This document shows positions 1-9,302 of a stretch of 64,000 nt of DNA, piece by piece. The DNA lies in the IMG/VR virus record IMGVR_UViG_3300048586_000179, positions 5,146 to 69,145 of that record. One strand, written 5' to 3'. This DNA is from a virus. The notes under the pieces were generated by a model, which saw only the letters and a list, made by a program, of their open reading frames with translations, did no database searches and was not told where the DNA came from. Made by a program: the position numbers and the translations under genes. How positions within the stretch are numbered: the first letter of the stretch is position 1; each line of letters opens with the position of its first letter.

Positions 1-115
1 CTCGACCCGACGGGCGGCCTCGAGGGATTTCTCGAAAAGGTCACGATCGACCTTGAGCATGGCCGCGCCGATCTCGCGGGCCTCCTCGATGGTCATGCGC
101 AGACGATCCACCATG

Positions 116-319
116 TCAGAAGTCCTCCCTCAGGAACTCGGCCTTGGAAAAGGCTTGCCGAAAGGAGTGAACCTCGGAGGCGCTGATGGTCAGGTCGCCA
201 CACTTGGCCCAGGTCTCCTGTCCCGTGCGGCGCGAGAAGACCCGAAGGTGGACATGTCCACCAGCCTCCTTGTAGCGCACGCGGTACTCGTGATGCACTT
301 GTCCAAACAGGGCGCTCAT
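116..319 (-). CDS. hypothetical protein
   Basis: 67-aa ORF in leftward operon, 4-nt overlap with upstream gene. Confidence 0.6.
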   Translation of the reverse strand: MSALFGQVHHEYRVRYKEAGGHVHLRVFSRRTGQETWAKCGDLTISASEVHSFRQAFSKAEFLREDF

Positions 320-669
320 ACCATGATCTCCGGTGGGGTTGGGATCGCCACGTTCTGCGGCCGCCAGAGGTGGAGGCAGAAGGGGTGGCGACTGATGTGG
401 TCATTGACCGGGGCGTGCAGCTCCATCGCCCACTCGTCTTCGCGGAAGAAGGTCTGCTTGATCGCCTTCATCTCGTCGTAGAGTGGGCAGCGGTACGACA
501 GGCTGACGCTGACGTGATCCCACCCGAGACCGTTGGACGCAACCACCAGGATGTCGCCAAGCTGCGCGGCGATGACCCATGACCCCTCGACGTCGAGCGA
601 CGGCCCGGCCTCGTGGATGGTGGCGCCAGCCCTTTCCAGCTTGCCAAGGATTTCGATCATCGACCTCAT
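316..669 (-). CDS. conserved phage protein (WDHVSVS..RCP...EM..IK..FF family)
   Basis: Motif WDHVSVSLSYRCPLYDEMKAIKQTFF...HPFCLHLWRP; start chosen at ATGA overlap with helicase stop; related to 12577-13044. Confidence 0.7.
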   Translation of the reverse strand: MRSMIEILGKLERAGATIHEAGPSLDVEGSWVIAAQLGDILVVASNGLGWDHVSVSLSYRCPLYDEMKAIKQTFFREDEWAMELHAPVNDHISRHPFCLHLWRPQNVAIPTPPEIMV

Positions 670-2168
670 ACGATGAACTCCCGGATCCCGTCGATGTTGC
701 GACGGCTGATGTCTTCTTTCCGTGCCAGCGCCTGCATCACCTTCCCCTCGGCGGTGCCGGGCGTCACGAGGTCCCAGATGCGGACCTGCCGCGTCTGGCC
801 CATCCGGTCGGTGCGCTTGATCGACTGCCATCGCGCCTCAGCCGAGAAGGTGTTGGCCATGTAGATGTTGGCCGCGGCGTGCTGCAGGTTCAGCCCCACG
901 CCCATGCCCGACCCCTGGTTGCCGATCAGGATGCCGTTCGGCGTGGCCTCCCAGGCGGCCACGCTGTCCGAGCCGTTGTAGAGGAAGAACGGCCGGTCCC
1001 CGCCAGGCAGACCGCGCTCCGCGCGGTCGTTCAGCTCGATGAGCATGATCTGCTGCTGCGCCCGGAAGGGCGCCCAGACCAGCACCGGCTCATCCAGCTG
1101 ATCGAGAAGGTCCAGCGTGGCCTCGACCTTGTTCGAGCCCAGCGGCTGCCACGCCCCCTCCTCGTGGTTGGGATCCTCACGGTAGAGGAAGCCCGAGGCG
1201 ATCTGCATGAGCTTGCCCAACTGGACCAGCGCGTTCTGCGCGGTGATGACCCCACCATCGATCTGGGCGATGAGGGCGTTCTCCATGAGGTGGTACTGCG
1301 CCGCTTGCGAGGCGGTCATGGGCGTCGGCACCTCGATGATGTCCGGCTCCTCCATCACGGCGAACTCGCTGGACTTGATCCGGGTGACGTAAGGGGCGAC
1401 CCGTTCATGCAGGTGCGCCTCGTTCCGATAGCCCACGATGATCTTGGCGCGCGGGTTCGAGGGGAGTTCCCTGGTGATGCAGTAGTGGCTCTTGAAGCCC
1501 ATGAAGCCGTAGGTGTGGACCTTGTTCTTGCTGCCCATCCGGATCGGCTCATGGGGCCAACCCAGGCCGGGGATGCAGGTCTCGTACTGGCTCCACAGAT
1601 CCTCGAGGCCGCGCAGGAGAGGCGTGCCCGACAGGATACGACGGAAGCGGGCGCGCAGCGCCCAGCGCATCGTTTCCTTGGTCCGGTCCGCGGTCGGAGA
1701 CTTGATCTTGTGGCTCTCGTCGACCACCAGCAGGTAGCGCGGGTAGATCGCCACGAAAGCCTCCAGCATGGCTTCGCCATCCTTGGTGCGGAGCGCTTCG
1801 TAGTTGATGGCAAAGACGCCGAGCGGTTCGGCGAAGAGGAGCTTGCGTGGCTTGAGGAAGTCCCCCAGCTTGCGCTTGCCGGCGCGGTTGTGGTGACCCT
1901 TCCACCAGACCCCACACCACTCGGGGAACTGCTGGTCGATCCACTGCTCATGCACCCCGTTCGGCGCGATGACGATGACGCCGTCAATAAGACCTTCGGC
2001 GTACATCCGGCCCGCGTCCGCGATCGAGAGGAAGGTCTTGCCGCCGCCGGGATCCACGAAGTAGCAGTGCCCCTCGTGCCCCCAGGCCTCAGCCAGGGCG
2101 CGTACCTGGTGCGAGCGCGCCTTGCCCTTGACGGGGTACTTGTCGTCGGTCGTGAACTCTGGAACCAC
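666..2168 (-). CDS. SNF2-family (SF2) DNA helicase
   Basis: Walker A PGGGKT, DESH, SGTP, GVGLNL, QSIKRTDRMGQ; GTG start after GGAGA RBS. Confidence 0.9.
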   Translation of the reverse strand: MVPEFTTDDKYPVKGKARSHQVRALAEAWGHEGHCYFVDPGGGKTFLSIADAGRMYAEGLIDGVIVIAPNGVHEQWIDQQFPEWCGVWWKGHHNRAGKRKLGDFLKPRKLLFAEPLGVFAINYEALRTKDGEAMLEAFVAIYPRYLLVVDESHKIKSPTADRTKETMRWALRARFRRILSGTPLLRGLEDLWSQYETCIPGLGWPHEPIRMGSKNKVHTYGFMGFKSHYCITRELPSNPRAKIIVGYRNEAHLHERVAPYVTRIKSSEFAVMEEPDIIEVPTPMTASQAAQYHLMENALIAQIDGGVITAQNALVQLGKLMQIASGFLYREDPNHEEGAWQPLGSNKVEATLDLLDQLDEPVLVWAPFRAQQQIMLIELNDRAERGLPGGDRPFFLYNGSDSVAAWEATPNGILIGNQGSGMGVGLNLQHAAANIYMANTFSAEARWQSIKRTDRMGQTRQVRIWDLVTPGTAEGKVMQALARKEDISRRNIDGIREFIV

Positions 2169-2169
2169 G

Positions 2170-2427
2170 TCAGTCTCCGTTCTTGGTCGCGATGAAACCC
2201 ATCCGGTCCAGCCCCTCCGGCGTGAACCGGTAAAGATAGCCCCGCTTGCTGTCTTCGATCGGGCGAAGGTCGACCAGCTTGTGGCCACTCATCCGCATGA
2301 GTGCCTTGTGGATCAGTCGCGGGGACCCGTAGGCCCCCGCCTTGACCAGGTCAGGAATGGTTGCCCATTCCTTTCCGGTGGCCTTCCACGCCTGCACCAG
2401 GTTGATGCGACGGTGCGTGGTGTTCAC
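2170..2427 (-). CDS. putative winged-helix DNA-binding protein
   Basis: 85 aa, basic, YRFTPEG wing-like ending. Confidence 0.45.
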   Translation of the reverse strand: MNTTHRRINLVQAWKATGKEWATIPDLVKAGAYGSPRLIHKALMRMSGHKLVDLRPIEDSKRGYLYRFTPEGLDRMGFIATKNGD

Positions 2428-3236
2428 TTCTCAAGCCCGCTGTCATCAACCTTGGCCTTGCCGGTCTCGAGCGCGATCTTGAGCTCCTTCGCGTCCTTGA
2501 CCATGGCCAGGTAGATCGGATCCTCAAGGAGCGGGCTACCCTTCTCCGCGACACCGAGGTGGTGGATCACGAAGCCGAACCACTCGTTGTCGTTGCCGCT
2601 CTCAAGTCCGGTCTTGAGAAGGAACTGGTGATAGAACATCGCCGGGCGGAAGAAGGTGCCGGGACTGGTGGGGCTTTCGACCCGGGTCAGCTCGACCGTG
2701 GTGTTGATCTTTTTCGCCGACTTGACCTTCGTCGACGGCATCGAGATCGCCACCGGCATCGGCCCCCAGTTCTTGCCCTTGGCGATACCGACGTACTCGG
2801 GGGTCTGCGCCACTTCGACCCGGATCGGTTCCTCGTTGGGCGAGGGCTTCATCATGCCGATCCACGAGCCGATCCCTTCCTGCTGGAAGTTCTGTTCGAC
2901 CTCCTCCAGCGTCAGGTTCGGATCGACAAGGCCACCGCCCGACTTGCGCGGCCGCCACGCGATGTAGCGCACGGAGAACGCTGACGGCACGAACAGGATC
3001 TCGGTGTCCAGCTTCGAGTTCATCTCGTTGCAGATCAGGCCCGGGCGGGCACCCGGAATGTACTCGGCCTTCGTGTCCTTCACCTCGGGCGAGAGGTCCT
3101 GCAGGATCTTGATCCGGGGGATGGTCAGCATGTCCCGGTCGAAGACCTGGCGATGCTGTTCGGCATCCGCCTCCATGTCGCCCATCAGCGCGGGCAGCGG
3201 AGCCTCTTCAACCTTCGCTACGTCTTTCTTCGTCAT
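2424..3236 (-). CDS. phage ssDNA-binding/annealing-like replication protein
   Basis: IPRIKILQDLSPEV...YIPGARPG motif typical of phage SSB-like proteins; position in replication cluster. Confidence 0.55.
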   Translation of the reverse strand: MTKKDVAKVEEAPLPALMGDMEADAEQHRQVFDRDMLTIPRIKILQDLSPEVKDTKAEYIPGARPGLICNEMNSKLDTEILFVPSAFSVRYIAWRPRKSGGGLVDPNLTLEEVEQNFQQEGIGSWIGMMKPSPNEEPIRVEVAQTPEYVGIAKGKNWGPMPVAISMPSTKVKSAKKINTTVELTRVESPTSPGTFFRPAMFYHQFLLKTGLESGNDNEWFGFVIHHLGVAEKGSPLLEDPIYLAMVKDAKELKIALETGKAKVDDSGLEK

Positions 3237-3243
3237 GTCGTCC

Positions 3244-3828
3244 TCACTTTCTGGTGGTGAATTTGGCGCGCGGGAAGGCGATGGTGCCAACCTTGGCGAC
3301 GTCGAAGTTGGGGTCCTCGGCCAGCTTCTGCCGGACGAAGGCCATCAGCGTGGGCGGGGCCAGCCTGCGGATCATCACCGGGTGGCGACCCTCACGCTCG
3401 ATCCGTTCCAGCATCTCCTTGGCAAGCTCGCGCTCGTCCTCGGTGTAGTCGATCTCGATGACCGACTTGATCGTGCCCTTCATGCCTGCCGCCTCAAGAT
3501 ATTCGACGGCAGCTTCCATGTCGGGGGCGGCGTTGAGCGAGCCGAGGACCTTGACTTCCATCTTGATCCGGGGCCGGCGACCGTCGGGAAGCTCGAAGCC
3601 GAATTCGTCCACGCCCACCTGGGCCAGACGGTCAGGGATGGCGTAGCGCATGATGCGCTCCAGCTTCTTCTTCTCCTCAGCCAGCGCCTTCTCCTGCGCT
3701 TCGATGCCCTCCTCGATCGTCAGGGCCAGCATGCCAAGGTCCTTCAGCCCCTGGTCGGCAAACTCTGCCTTGGCGCGTAAGGCTTCGGCCTCCATCTCAT
3801 CGATGAGGGCATTCGGGTCAGTGCTCAT
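3244..3828 (-). CDS. conserved phage replication-cluster protein
   Basis: Coiled coil then IPD.L..VG....LPDG, C-terminal PPTLMAFVRQ; usually adjacent to SSB-like genes. Confidence 0.6.
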   Translation of the reverse strand: MSTDPNALIDEMEAEALRAKAEFADQGLKDLGMLALTIEEGIEAQEKALAEEKKKLERIMRYAIPDRLAQVGVDEFGFELPDGRRPRIKMEVKVLGSLNAAPDMEAAVEYLEAAGMKGTIKSVIEIDYTEDERELAKEMLERIEREGRHPVMIRRLAPPTLMAFVRQKLAEDPNFDVAKVGTIAFPRAKFTTRK

Positions 3829-3837
3829 GGGGTGCTC

Positions 3838-4065
3838 CTATGTAGTGCCCTCAATTTCGCTAGAGCGCGGGCGGTTGTCAAGATTATTCTCGCGGCGCTC
3901 TCTCATTGCGCGCGTTTCCAGTCCATGCTGGACCAGGTACTGGTGTACCGCTTGCTGGCTCTTGCCCAGCAGGCGTGCGATCTGGCCCGTGCTGAGGCCG
4001 CTCTTGACGTGATTTTCCATCGTGGCGTGCAGGCGCTTGCGCTCTGCGTTCGTCGGTCTCGGCAT
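3838..4065 (-). CDS. helix-turn-helix DNA-binding protein
   Basis: GLSTGQIARLLGKSQQAVHQYL HTH; AGGAGA RBS. Confidence 0.75.
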   Translation of the reverse strand: MPRPTNAERKRLHATMENHVKSGLSTGQIARLLGKSQQAVHQYLVQHGLETRAMRERRENNLDNRPRSSEIEGTT

Positions 4066-4122
4066 GTCGGTCTCCTTTCCCTCGCTATAGTGGTCAACTT
4101 GTCAAGAAAACGCAACCGCCGC

Positions 4123-4146
4123 AAAAAGCCACCCCCGAAGGGGTGG
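4123..4146 (-). terminator. intrinsic terminator closing the cassette array
   Basis: Minus strand CCACCCC-TTCG-GGGGTGG then CTTTTT directly after stop of 4153-4629. Confidence 0.8.
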
Positions 4147-4152
4147 TGAGGG

Positions 4153-4629
4153 TCAGCCGTGTGGCTGCGGCCAGGGGTCCTGACCGGCGAAGGTACGGCG
4201 AAGTGCGGCGGCTGCATCGCTCGCGGTGGCCTTGTAGCCGAGCGCGAAGTTGAAGAGCGGGTGGCCGCAGTGGTCTTCGCTGACCTTCTCAAGGCCCAGG
4301 AACTCCAGCGCGCCGTTGAGGATGAGGTCCCAGTCATATTCGACCGTGTCATCCTCATCGAGTGACCAGTCCGCACTGATGGCGGCCTGGTGCACGGTGC
4401 GCTTGCGCTTCTCCGGCTCGATGCTCTGCAGCCACATGGTGAAGGCAGCTCCGGCAATGCAGCCGGCGGTGCCGCAGGTGGTGGGGATTTCGGCTGAGTG
4501 GTAGACGTCAACCTTGAGCCCCGACCCCATGTCGAAGCGGTAGTGCGGCGCTCCCTGGTCGAAGAAGTCGATCAGCTTCTGCCGGTTGGCGGCAATCACG
4601 AGATCGAGCTGTTCGGGTTCTGTGGTCAT
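4153..4629 (-). CDS. hypothetical early protein (CGTAGCIAG motif)
   Basis: Cassette gene with RBS. Confidence 0.75.
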   Translation of the reverse strand: MTTEPEQLDLVIAANRQKLIDFFDQGAPHYRFDMGSGLKVDVYHSAEIPTTCGTAGCIAGAAFTMWLQSIEPEKRKRTVHQAAISADWSLDEDDTVEYDWDLILNGALEFLGLEKVSEDHCGHPLFNFALGYKATASDAAAALRRTFAGQDPWPQPHG

Positions 4630-4692
4630 GGAATGTCTCCTTGTTGATCCCGATGGGGACCCCGAAAAACCGCCCCTTGCGGGGCGGCGCCA

Positions 4693-5100
4693 TCAGATGA
4701 GGCCGAGCCTGAACTGCGTCTCCGAGAGGAAGACCGTGAGCTGCTTGGGCGTCACGTTCAGCTTCTTGGCGCGGGCCAGGAGGTGGTCGATGTCCGCGAT
4801 CAAGATCGTATCAAATCCGTCATCGCCACCGTAATAGGCCTGCTTGGCGTCCCACCAGCCGTCCGGATCCTTGTCCGGATTGCACTCCTCGGCGTAGACG
4901 ACGATGGAGTGGTCTGGTTCCGCGCCGGGCTTCTGCAGGTGCGGCTTGCCGTTCGACATCAGGTAGACGCCGCGATCTCCGACCAGCCAGAGGCCGGGCC
5001 CCTTGGCTGGGCCGGCGTAAGTCGCGCCCCATTCGGTGCAGGACTTGGCGTGGTCGATCAGGGGCATGACCTGTGCGAGGTCGAAGTGCAGTGTCGACAT
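4693..5100 (-). CDS. DUF3085-like protein
   Basis: LWLVGDRGVYLMSN...VVYAEECNP...W...GGDD signature. Confidence 0.75.
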   Translation of the reverse strand: MSTLHFDLAQVMPLIDHAKSCTEWGATYAGPAKGPGLWLVGDRGVYLMSNGKPHLQKPGAEPDHSIVVYAEECNPDKDPDGWWDAKQAYYGGDDGFDTILIADIDHLLARAKKLNVTPKQLTVFLSETQFRLGLI

Positions 5101-5168
5101 GGGTGTCTCCTTTGTTGGTTCCCGAAGGGGACCCCGGAAAAGCCGCCCCCTTGCGGGGGCGGGGGCGC

Positions 5169-5555
5169 TCAGTCGCAGCGGGCCACGACGAAGGTCTGGT
5201 CCTTCTGGATGATGCCGACGTATTCGCACTCGAAGAGCACGATCAGTTCGTCGCGCAGCTTGGCGCGGGCCAGCTCCTGCAGCGGCGGATCGGCGGGATC
5301 GCCGTCCTCGTCAGGTTGCCCCGTGCCATACTGGATGGCGTAGTGCCCCTTCTCGTTCTGCTGCAGGGTGAAGCCAGCCTGCGGGTTGTAGGTGCAGCCG
5401 GCAGTCCTGAGGTAGCCGGCGTTGGCCTGCTCCCGTGCGGGCCGCTCGTCATTGGCATAGAACCAGCCGGGCAACATGCCCAGGTGGTCCGGGCGGCTGT
5501 CAGGGTGCGTCAGCTCCCAGACCAGTCCGGCGCTGAAGACGGTAGCGTCGTTCAT
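5169..5555 (-). CDS. hypothetical early protein
   Basis: Cassette gene, ATG after AGGAGA. Confidence 0.75.
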   Translation of the reverse strand: MNDATVFSAGLVWELTHPDSRPDHLGMLPGWFYANDERPAREQANAGYLRTAGCTYNPQAGFTLQQNEKGHYAIQYGTGQPDEDGDPADPPLQELARAKLRDELIVLFECEYVGIIQKDQTFVVARCD

Positions 5556-5625
5556 GGGATATCTCCTCTGTTGGGTCCCAAGGGGGACCCCGCAAAAGCC
5601 CCGCCCCCGGAGGGGCGGGACGTGG

Positions 5626-6033
5626 TCAGGCGGCCTTGTCTGCGGAGCCGTGCCGCACGACATGGGCCACGCCTTCCCAGTTCTGGGCGATAGCGGCCTG
5701 GGCGATGGCATCGAGGTTGTTCTTGACGAACTTGGCCCATTGGATGCCGTGCGCGTCGTTGCGGCGCTTCTGCTCCTGCAAGAGCATGCGGCGCCCCCGG
5801 TCGTCGCCAACCGTGCGGGTGCAGGTGGTGACGCCGGAGCCGGACTTGTCCCGGGTGACGGGCCAGAAGCTGAGGTAGATGCCCCGCCTGGTCTCGCCGC
5901 CGGTCCAGTAGTTCGGGCCGCCGAGGGTGTAGTAGACCTCGATCTCCATCTCTTCGAGGCGGGCCTTGCCCGTGAGCTCGTCGGTTACCTCTTTCATGGG
6001 GACGTAGGTCTTCAGGTAGCGGTCGTTGGACAT
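5626..6033 (-). CDS. hypothetical early protein
   Basis: Cassette gene with RBS. Confidence 0.75.
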   Translation of the reverse strand: MSNDRYLKTYVPMKEVTDELTGKARLEEMEIEVYYTLGGPNYWTGGETRRGIYLSFWPVTRDKSGSGVTTCTRTVGDDRGRRMLLQEQKRRNDAHGIQWAKFVKNNLDAIAQAAIAQNWEGVAHVVRHGSADKAA

Positions 6034-6102
6034 GGGTTTTCCTTTCGGTTGCTTCCCGAAGGGGACCCCGGAAAAGCCCGCCCCCTCATGGGGCGGGGTC
6101 GT

Positions 6103-6267
6103 TCATGTGAATATCCAGAGCGCGGTCAGCACGATGATGGTCGTGCCACCCATGATGACGAACGGAACCCACCAGCCTTCAGGCAGGACGGGATCCGCGT
6201 CGCGGTGCTGGTCCATGTCCGGCCGGTAGCCGGACCACGGGTCGTGCGGGTCGTGTGGATCATGCAT
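6103..6267 (-). CDS. small membrane protein
   Basis: HDP repeats then C-terminal hydrophobic helix. Confidence 0.6.
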   Translation of the reverse strand: MHDPHDPHDPWSGYRPDMDQHRDADPVLPEGWWVPFVIMGGTTIIVLTALWIFT

Positions 6268-6331
6268 GGTGGTTCCTTTCATGTGTCCTGTGGGGACCCC
6301 GGAAAAGCCCACCCCTCATGGGGTGGGCTGG

Positions 6332-6511
6332 TCAGCGGGTGCCGACCAGGTTCTCCAGCGCCTCACGGATGAGGTCGCTGAGCGACACGTCCTTGCGTTC
6401 CGCCAGCATGTAGAGGCGGGCGTAGGTGACCGGATCGACGCGGGTCTGCACCATCTTGGGCAGGTTGCCCCTGGGCGCGTTGGCCCGAAGGGTGCGGCGC
6501 TTATCGGTCAT
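6332..6511 (-). CDS. ribbon-helix-helix (CopG-like) repressor
   Basis: MVQTRVDPVTYARLYMLAERKDVSLSDLIREAL RHH pattern. Confidence 0.75.
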   Translation of the reverse strand: MTDKRRTLRANAPRGNLPKMVQTRVDPVTYARLYMLAERKDVSLSDLIREALENLVGTR

Positions 6512-6752
6512 TGGTCTGCACCTCCTCGTACTTGGGGTTGACGGGATAGACGGTGGTCTGCCGCATGTACTGGACCGTGACGCGCATGCCGGTCTGCGTG
6601 CAGTAGGCGCGCGCCAGGTTTTCGTCATCGAGGTCCTGGTAGTTCTCGAGGATGTCCTCCTCGCGGATCTCGATGACGAGGCCGCCCGGCGTCCAGAGTT
6701 GCAGCTTGCGGGTATGGTCGCGGGTGGGCGGACTGATGGGTCGTTCGGCCAT
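6501..6752 (-). CDS. hypothetical early protein
   Basis: First gene of two-gene cassette, AGGAGA RBS. Confidence 0.7.
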   Translation of the reverse strand: MAERPISPPTRDHTRKLQLWTPGGLVIEIREEDILENYQDLDDENLARAYCTQTGMRVTVQYMRQTTVYPVNPKYEEVQTNDR

Positions 6753-6792
6753 GATGGGTCTCCTTTCATGTGTCCCGTGGGGACCACGGAGA

Positions 6793-6816
6793 AGCTTGCG
6801 TGATTAGTGTAAACTG
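6793..6816. promoter_or_regulatory. 24-bp operator-like element, copy 1
   Basis: AGCTTGCGTGATTAGTGTAAACTG identical to 21603-21626; imperfect dyad. Confidence 0.6.
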
Positions 6817-6845
6817 CGAAAAGCCACCCCCGAAGGGGTGGCGGA

Positions 6846-7076
6846 TCAGTCGTGGAGGTCTGGGTCATCCCAATAGGCCGTCTTGAGGTGGTCGATCTCG
6901 ACCTGCAGCTCGGCGAGCGTTGCGTCGGCTGGAAGTATCGTGCCACTGACCGGCCCTTGTTCGGGCGTGCGGCCAATGAGCGGCGTCTCCTTGCCTTCGT
7001 CGACGCGGATCAGCGTGACGCGCAGGGCGCGATCGACACCAGGCCAGACGTCAATCCTGTAGTGGGGGTAGGCCAT
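6846..7076 (-). CDS. hypothetical early protein
   Basis: Cassette gene with RBS. Confidence 0.7.
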   Translation of the reverse strand: MAYPHYRIDVWPGVDRALRVTLIRVDEGKETPLIGRTPEQGPVSGTILPADATLAELQVEIDHLKTAYWDDPDLHD

Positions 7077-7145
7077 TGTGGTCTCCTTCGTTTCCTATGG
7101 GGACCCCGGCAGATCAGCGAAAAACCACCCCCGAAGGGGTGGCCG

Positions 7146-7346
7146 TCACTTTCCGCGACGTTCCAGTTCGGCCTGGACGGCCTTGACGATGACGGCGGAC
7201 GCGAAGGCATTGAGGCCGGTATGGCACTCAAGGGTCGCCTTCAGGTGCGCGGTGTCGCGCCGCTCGAGGCCGAGGCCGCGGGCGGCAGACGCGATGTCAT
7301 CGTCGGTGATCGGCCGATAGTCGGCCGGTCTGCGTTGTTCGATCAT
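7146..7346 (-). CDS. hypothetical early protein
   Basis: ATG after AGGAGA downstream of motif at 7368. Confidence 0.7.
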   Translation of the reverse strand: MIEQRRPADYRPITDDDIASAARGLGLERRDTAHLKATLECHTGLNAFASAVIVKAVQAELERRGK

Positions 7347-8002
7347 GGCAGTGATCTCCTTTCCGGTGGGGACCCCGCAAGTGCACGCTCGACAGACCAC
7401 CCCCGGTCCAGCCGCGAGATGATTGTCTGGGCCCGGATGCCCGTGATCCTTGACCACTCAGCCACGCACAGATGTCGGCCCTGCCATGTGACGATCCTCG
7501 CCCTGCTGGAGTTGTGAGCCTGGACCCTACGCGTGGCCCAGCGGCAGTTGGACGGCTCATAGTTACCGTCGTTGTTGATCCGATCGACTGTCAGCTTAGG
7601 GTCGGGGCACGGCCCCAAGTCCTGAAGGAACCGGTCAAAGCCACCAGGGCCTGTCCATCTCTTGCAAACCCGGATCCCGCGCCCGCCATAGCGATGATAG
7701 CCGGCGTAGTTCTTGTCCTTGCAGCGCCGATGCATGTCCTTCCAGGCAAACCATTCCTTGGTATGGCTCATGCCGTGGGTCAGGGGGCGCGAGACCAGGG
7801 CTGCCCGCTGACAGCCGCAGCTCTTCACCCTGCCCCGCCAAACATGCGGCAGGTCGTATTCCTTCACCGTGCCACAAACGCACTGACATACAATCCGACG
7901 GCGAACCGTGCCCTTCCGCCCATCCGTGCCCCCGTAAATCTTGCGATCCGCCTCAGAGAGGCAGGTCAGGAAGTGAAAGGTCTTGCCAACTGGATCGAAC
8001 AT
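7343..8002 (-). mobile_element. free-standing HNH homing endonuclease gene
   Basis: CQCVCG...KSCGC, RGIRVCKRW, TVDRINNDGNYEPSNCRWAT; sits inside a cassette junction. Confidence 0.85.
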
Positions 8003-8038
8003 GCGTTAATAGTTAGCACGGTAGGTCTGGTCTTTCAA
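8003..8038 (-). promoter_or_regulatory. putative sigma70-type promoter of HNH gene (likely leaderless)
   Basis: TTGAAA-17 bp-TAACTA with extended TG, 7 nt before ATG, no RBS. Confidence 0.5.
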
Positions 8039-8075
8039 CGCAAAAAGACCGGCCCCCGAAGGGACCGGTCCGGTG

Positions 8076-8975
8076 TCAGGCAGCCAGGAGTTCGGCCATC
8101 TCGGTCGAACGCATGGTGCGCGCCACCCGGTCGTCGCGCCCGGTGCGGGACGTGACGGCGCCCGAGCCTTGCCGGATGTCTCCGTGCGTGGCCCAATGGG
8201 TCATGGCATTATACAAACCCCAGACGTTCTGGTCCTCGTTCTTGAAGCGACCGAGGATGTCCAGGACCAAAGGCTCAGAGTAGTTCTCGTCGCCGTTGGC
8301 CTTCAGGGGCAACTTGGCCAGGGTGGCCTTCAGGAAGTCTTCCGCCTTGTCGATGGTGAGACGGGTCTTGACGTAGAGGCCGAAGCGCTCGCTGTCGTTC
8401 TCCATCATGTCGGCGGCGGTCAGGATCGACCGCTTCAGGGCGTCGATCGAGAAGTTCGAGGTGTGCTTGCCATAGGTCGAAGCGCTGAACTTCTCGTTCA
8501 CCATGCCGTTCATGCAGACGAGCCGGAAGTATCCGGCCGACGACTTCACGGCATAGGTCCCGTCGTGGCTGTTGAGCGCGGTGAAGCGGCGCAACAGGAC
8601 GTCCGAGCCGAGGCCTTTGGGGGTGGTGAAGTCCCCGACCACGATGTCGGAGCGCATGATGGCTCCGTTGGCCTGCAGACCGGTGCTGATGAAGGCACCC
8701 CGCTGTCCCTTCAGGTCGTAGAAGTCGCGCTGAGAGGGGCTGCGGTTGGTCCGCTCCACGATCTCGTAGCCCTGCTCGTGCAGGGTCTGGAGCATCGGGT
8801 CGAGCACGTCCTGGTGCTGGACGGGCTTGAAGTTCTGGCCGCAGATGGCCAGCAGGCTGTCGTCGTCGGTCCGGTAGACACCGCGCCCGATGGTCGGGTC
8901 GATCTCCTTGCCGTTATGGTCGAAGATCGGCTTCACGACCGCCGACCATCCGGTAACAGGGCTGTCAAATGGCAT
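8076..8975 (-). CDS. DUF932/DUF945-like protein
   Basis: NSHDGT, FRLVCMNGM, NVWGLYNAMTHWATH motifs. Confidence 0.85.
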   Translation of the reverse strand: MPFDSPVTGWSAVVKPIFDHNGKEIDPTIGRGVYRTDDDSLLAICGQNFKPVQHQDVLDPMLQTLHEQGYEIVERTNRSPSQRDFYDLKGQRGAFISTGLQANGAIMRSDIVVGDFTTPKGLGSDVLLRRFTALNSHDGTYAVKSSAGYFRLVCMNGMVNEKFSASTYGKHTSNFSIDALKRSILTAADMMENDSERFGLYVKTRLTIDKAEDFLKATLAKLPLKANGDENYSEPLVLDILGRFKNEDQNVWGLYNAMTHWATHGDIRQGSGAVTSRTGRDDRVARTMRSTEMAELLAA

Positions 8976-9083
8976 GTGTTGTCTCCTTCATGCGCTTGGG
9001 TTCAGTCCCGAAGGGGACCCCGCAAAAGGATGCTCCACAATCTGAATGGGGAAAAGCACCACCCCCGGAGGGGCGGCGCGGTG

Positions 9084-9302
9084 TCAGGACTTGAGGACGG
9101 TGAAGCTGTCCGGTGGCGCGACAAGGCTGAGCGTGCGCCCGTTGTCCCAGCGCATCCCGATGTGCCATTCGGTCCGGTGCTTGCCGGATGGGTACTCGTT
9201 GATGGTCACGACCGTTCCTTCTTCCCCGATCGGGATCGGGCAGGGGTCGTTCTCCATCGACAGGAGGCGAATGCGGTCGCCCACCTTGCAGGGGGCGCTC
9301 AT
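9084..9302 (-). CDS. DUF4314-like protein
   Basis: GDRIRLLSMENDP...GEEGTV...WDNGRTLSL. Confidence 0.75.
   Translation of the reverse strand: MSAPCKVGDRIRLLSMENDPCPIPIGEEGTVVTINEYPSGKHRTEWHIGMRWDNGRTLSLVAPPDSFTVLKS

Noticed and set aside
579-2195. Long antisense ORFs (also 28158-29990, 36776-38497, 41059-42966)
   Set aside because: Shadow frames of real genes in high-GC DNA, no recognisable motifs
2321-2329. GGGGACCCG near-match
   Set aside because: Intragenic, imperfect and without the flanking dyad
4081-4120. Sigma70 promoter upstream of the HTH gene
   Set aside because: TTGACA and TATAGC are only 10 bp apart on the minus strand; spacing not canonical
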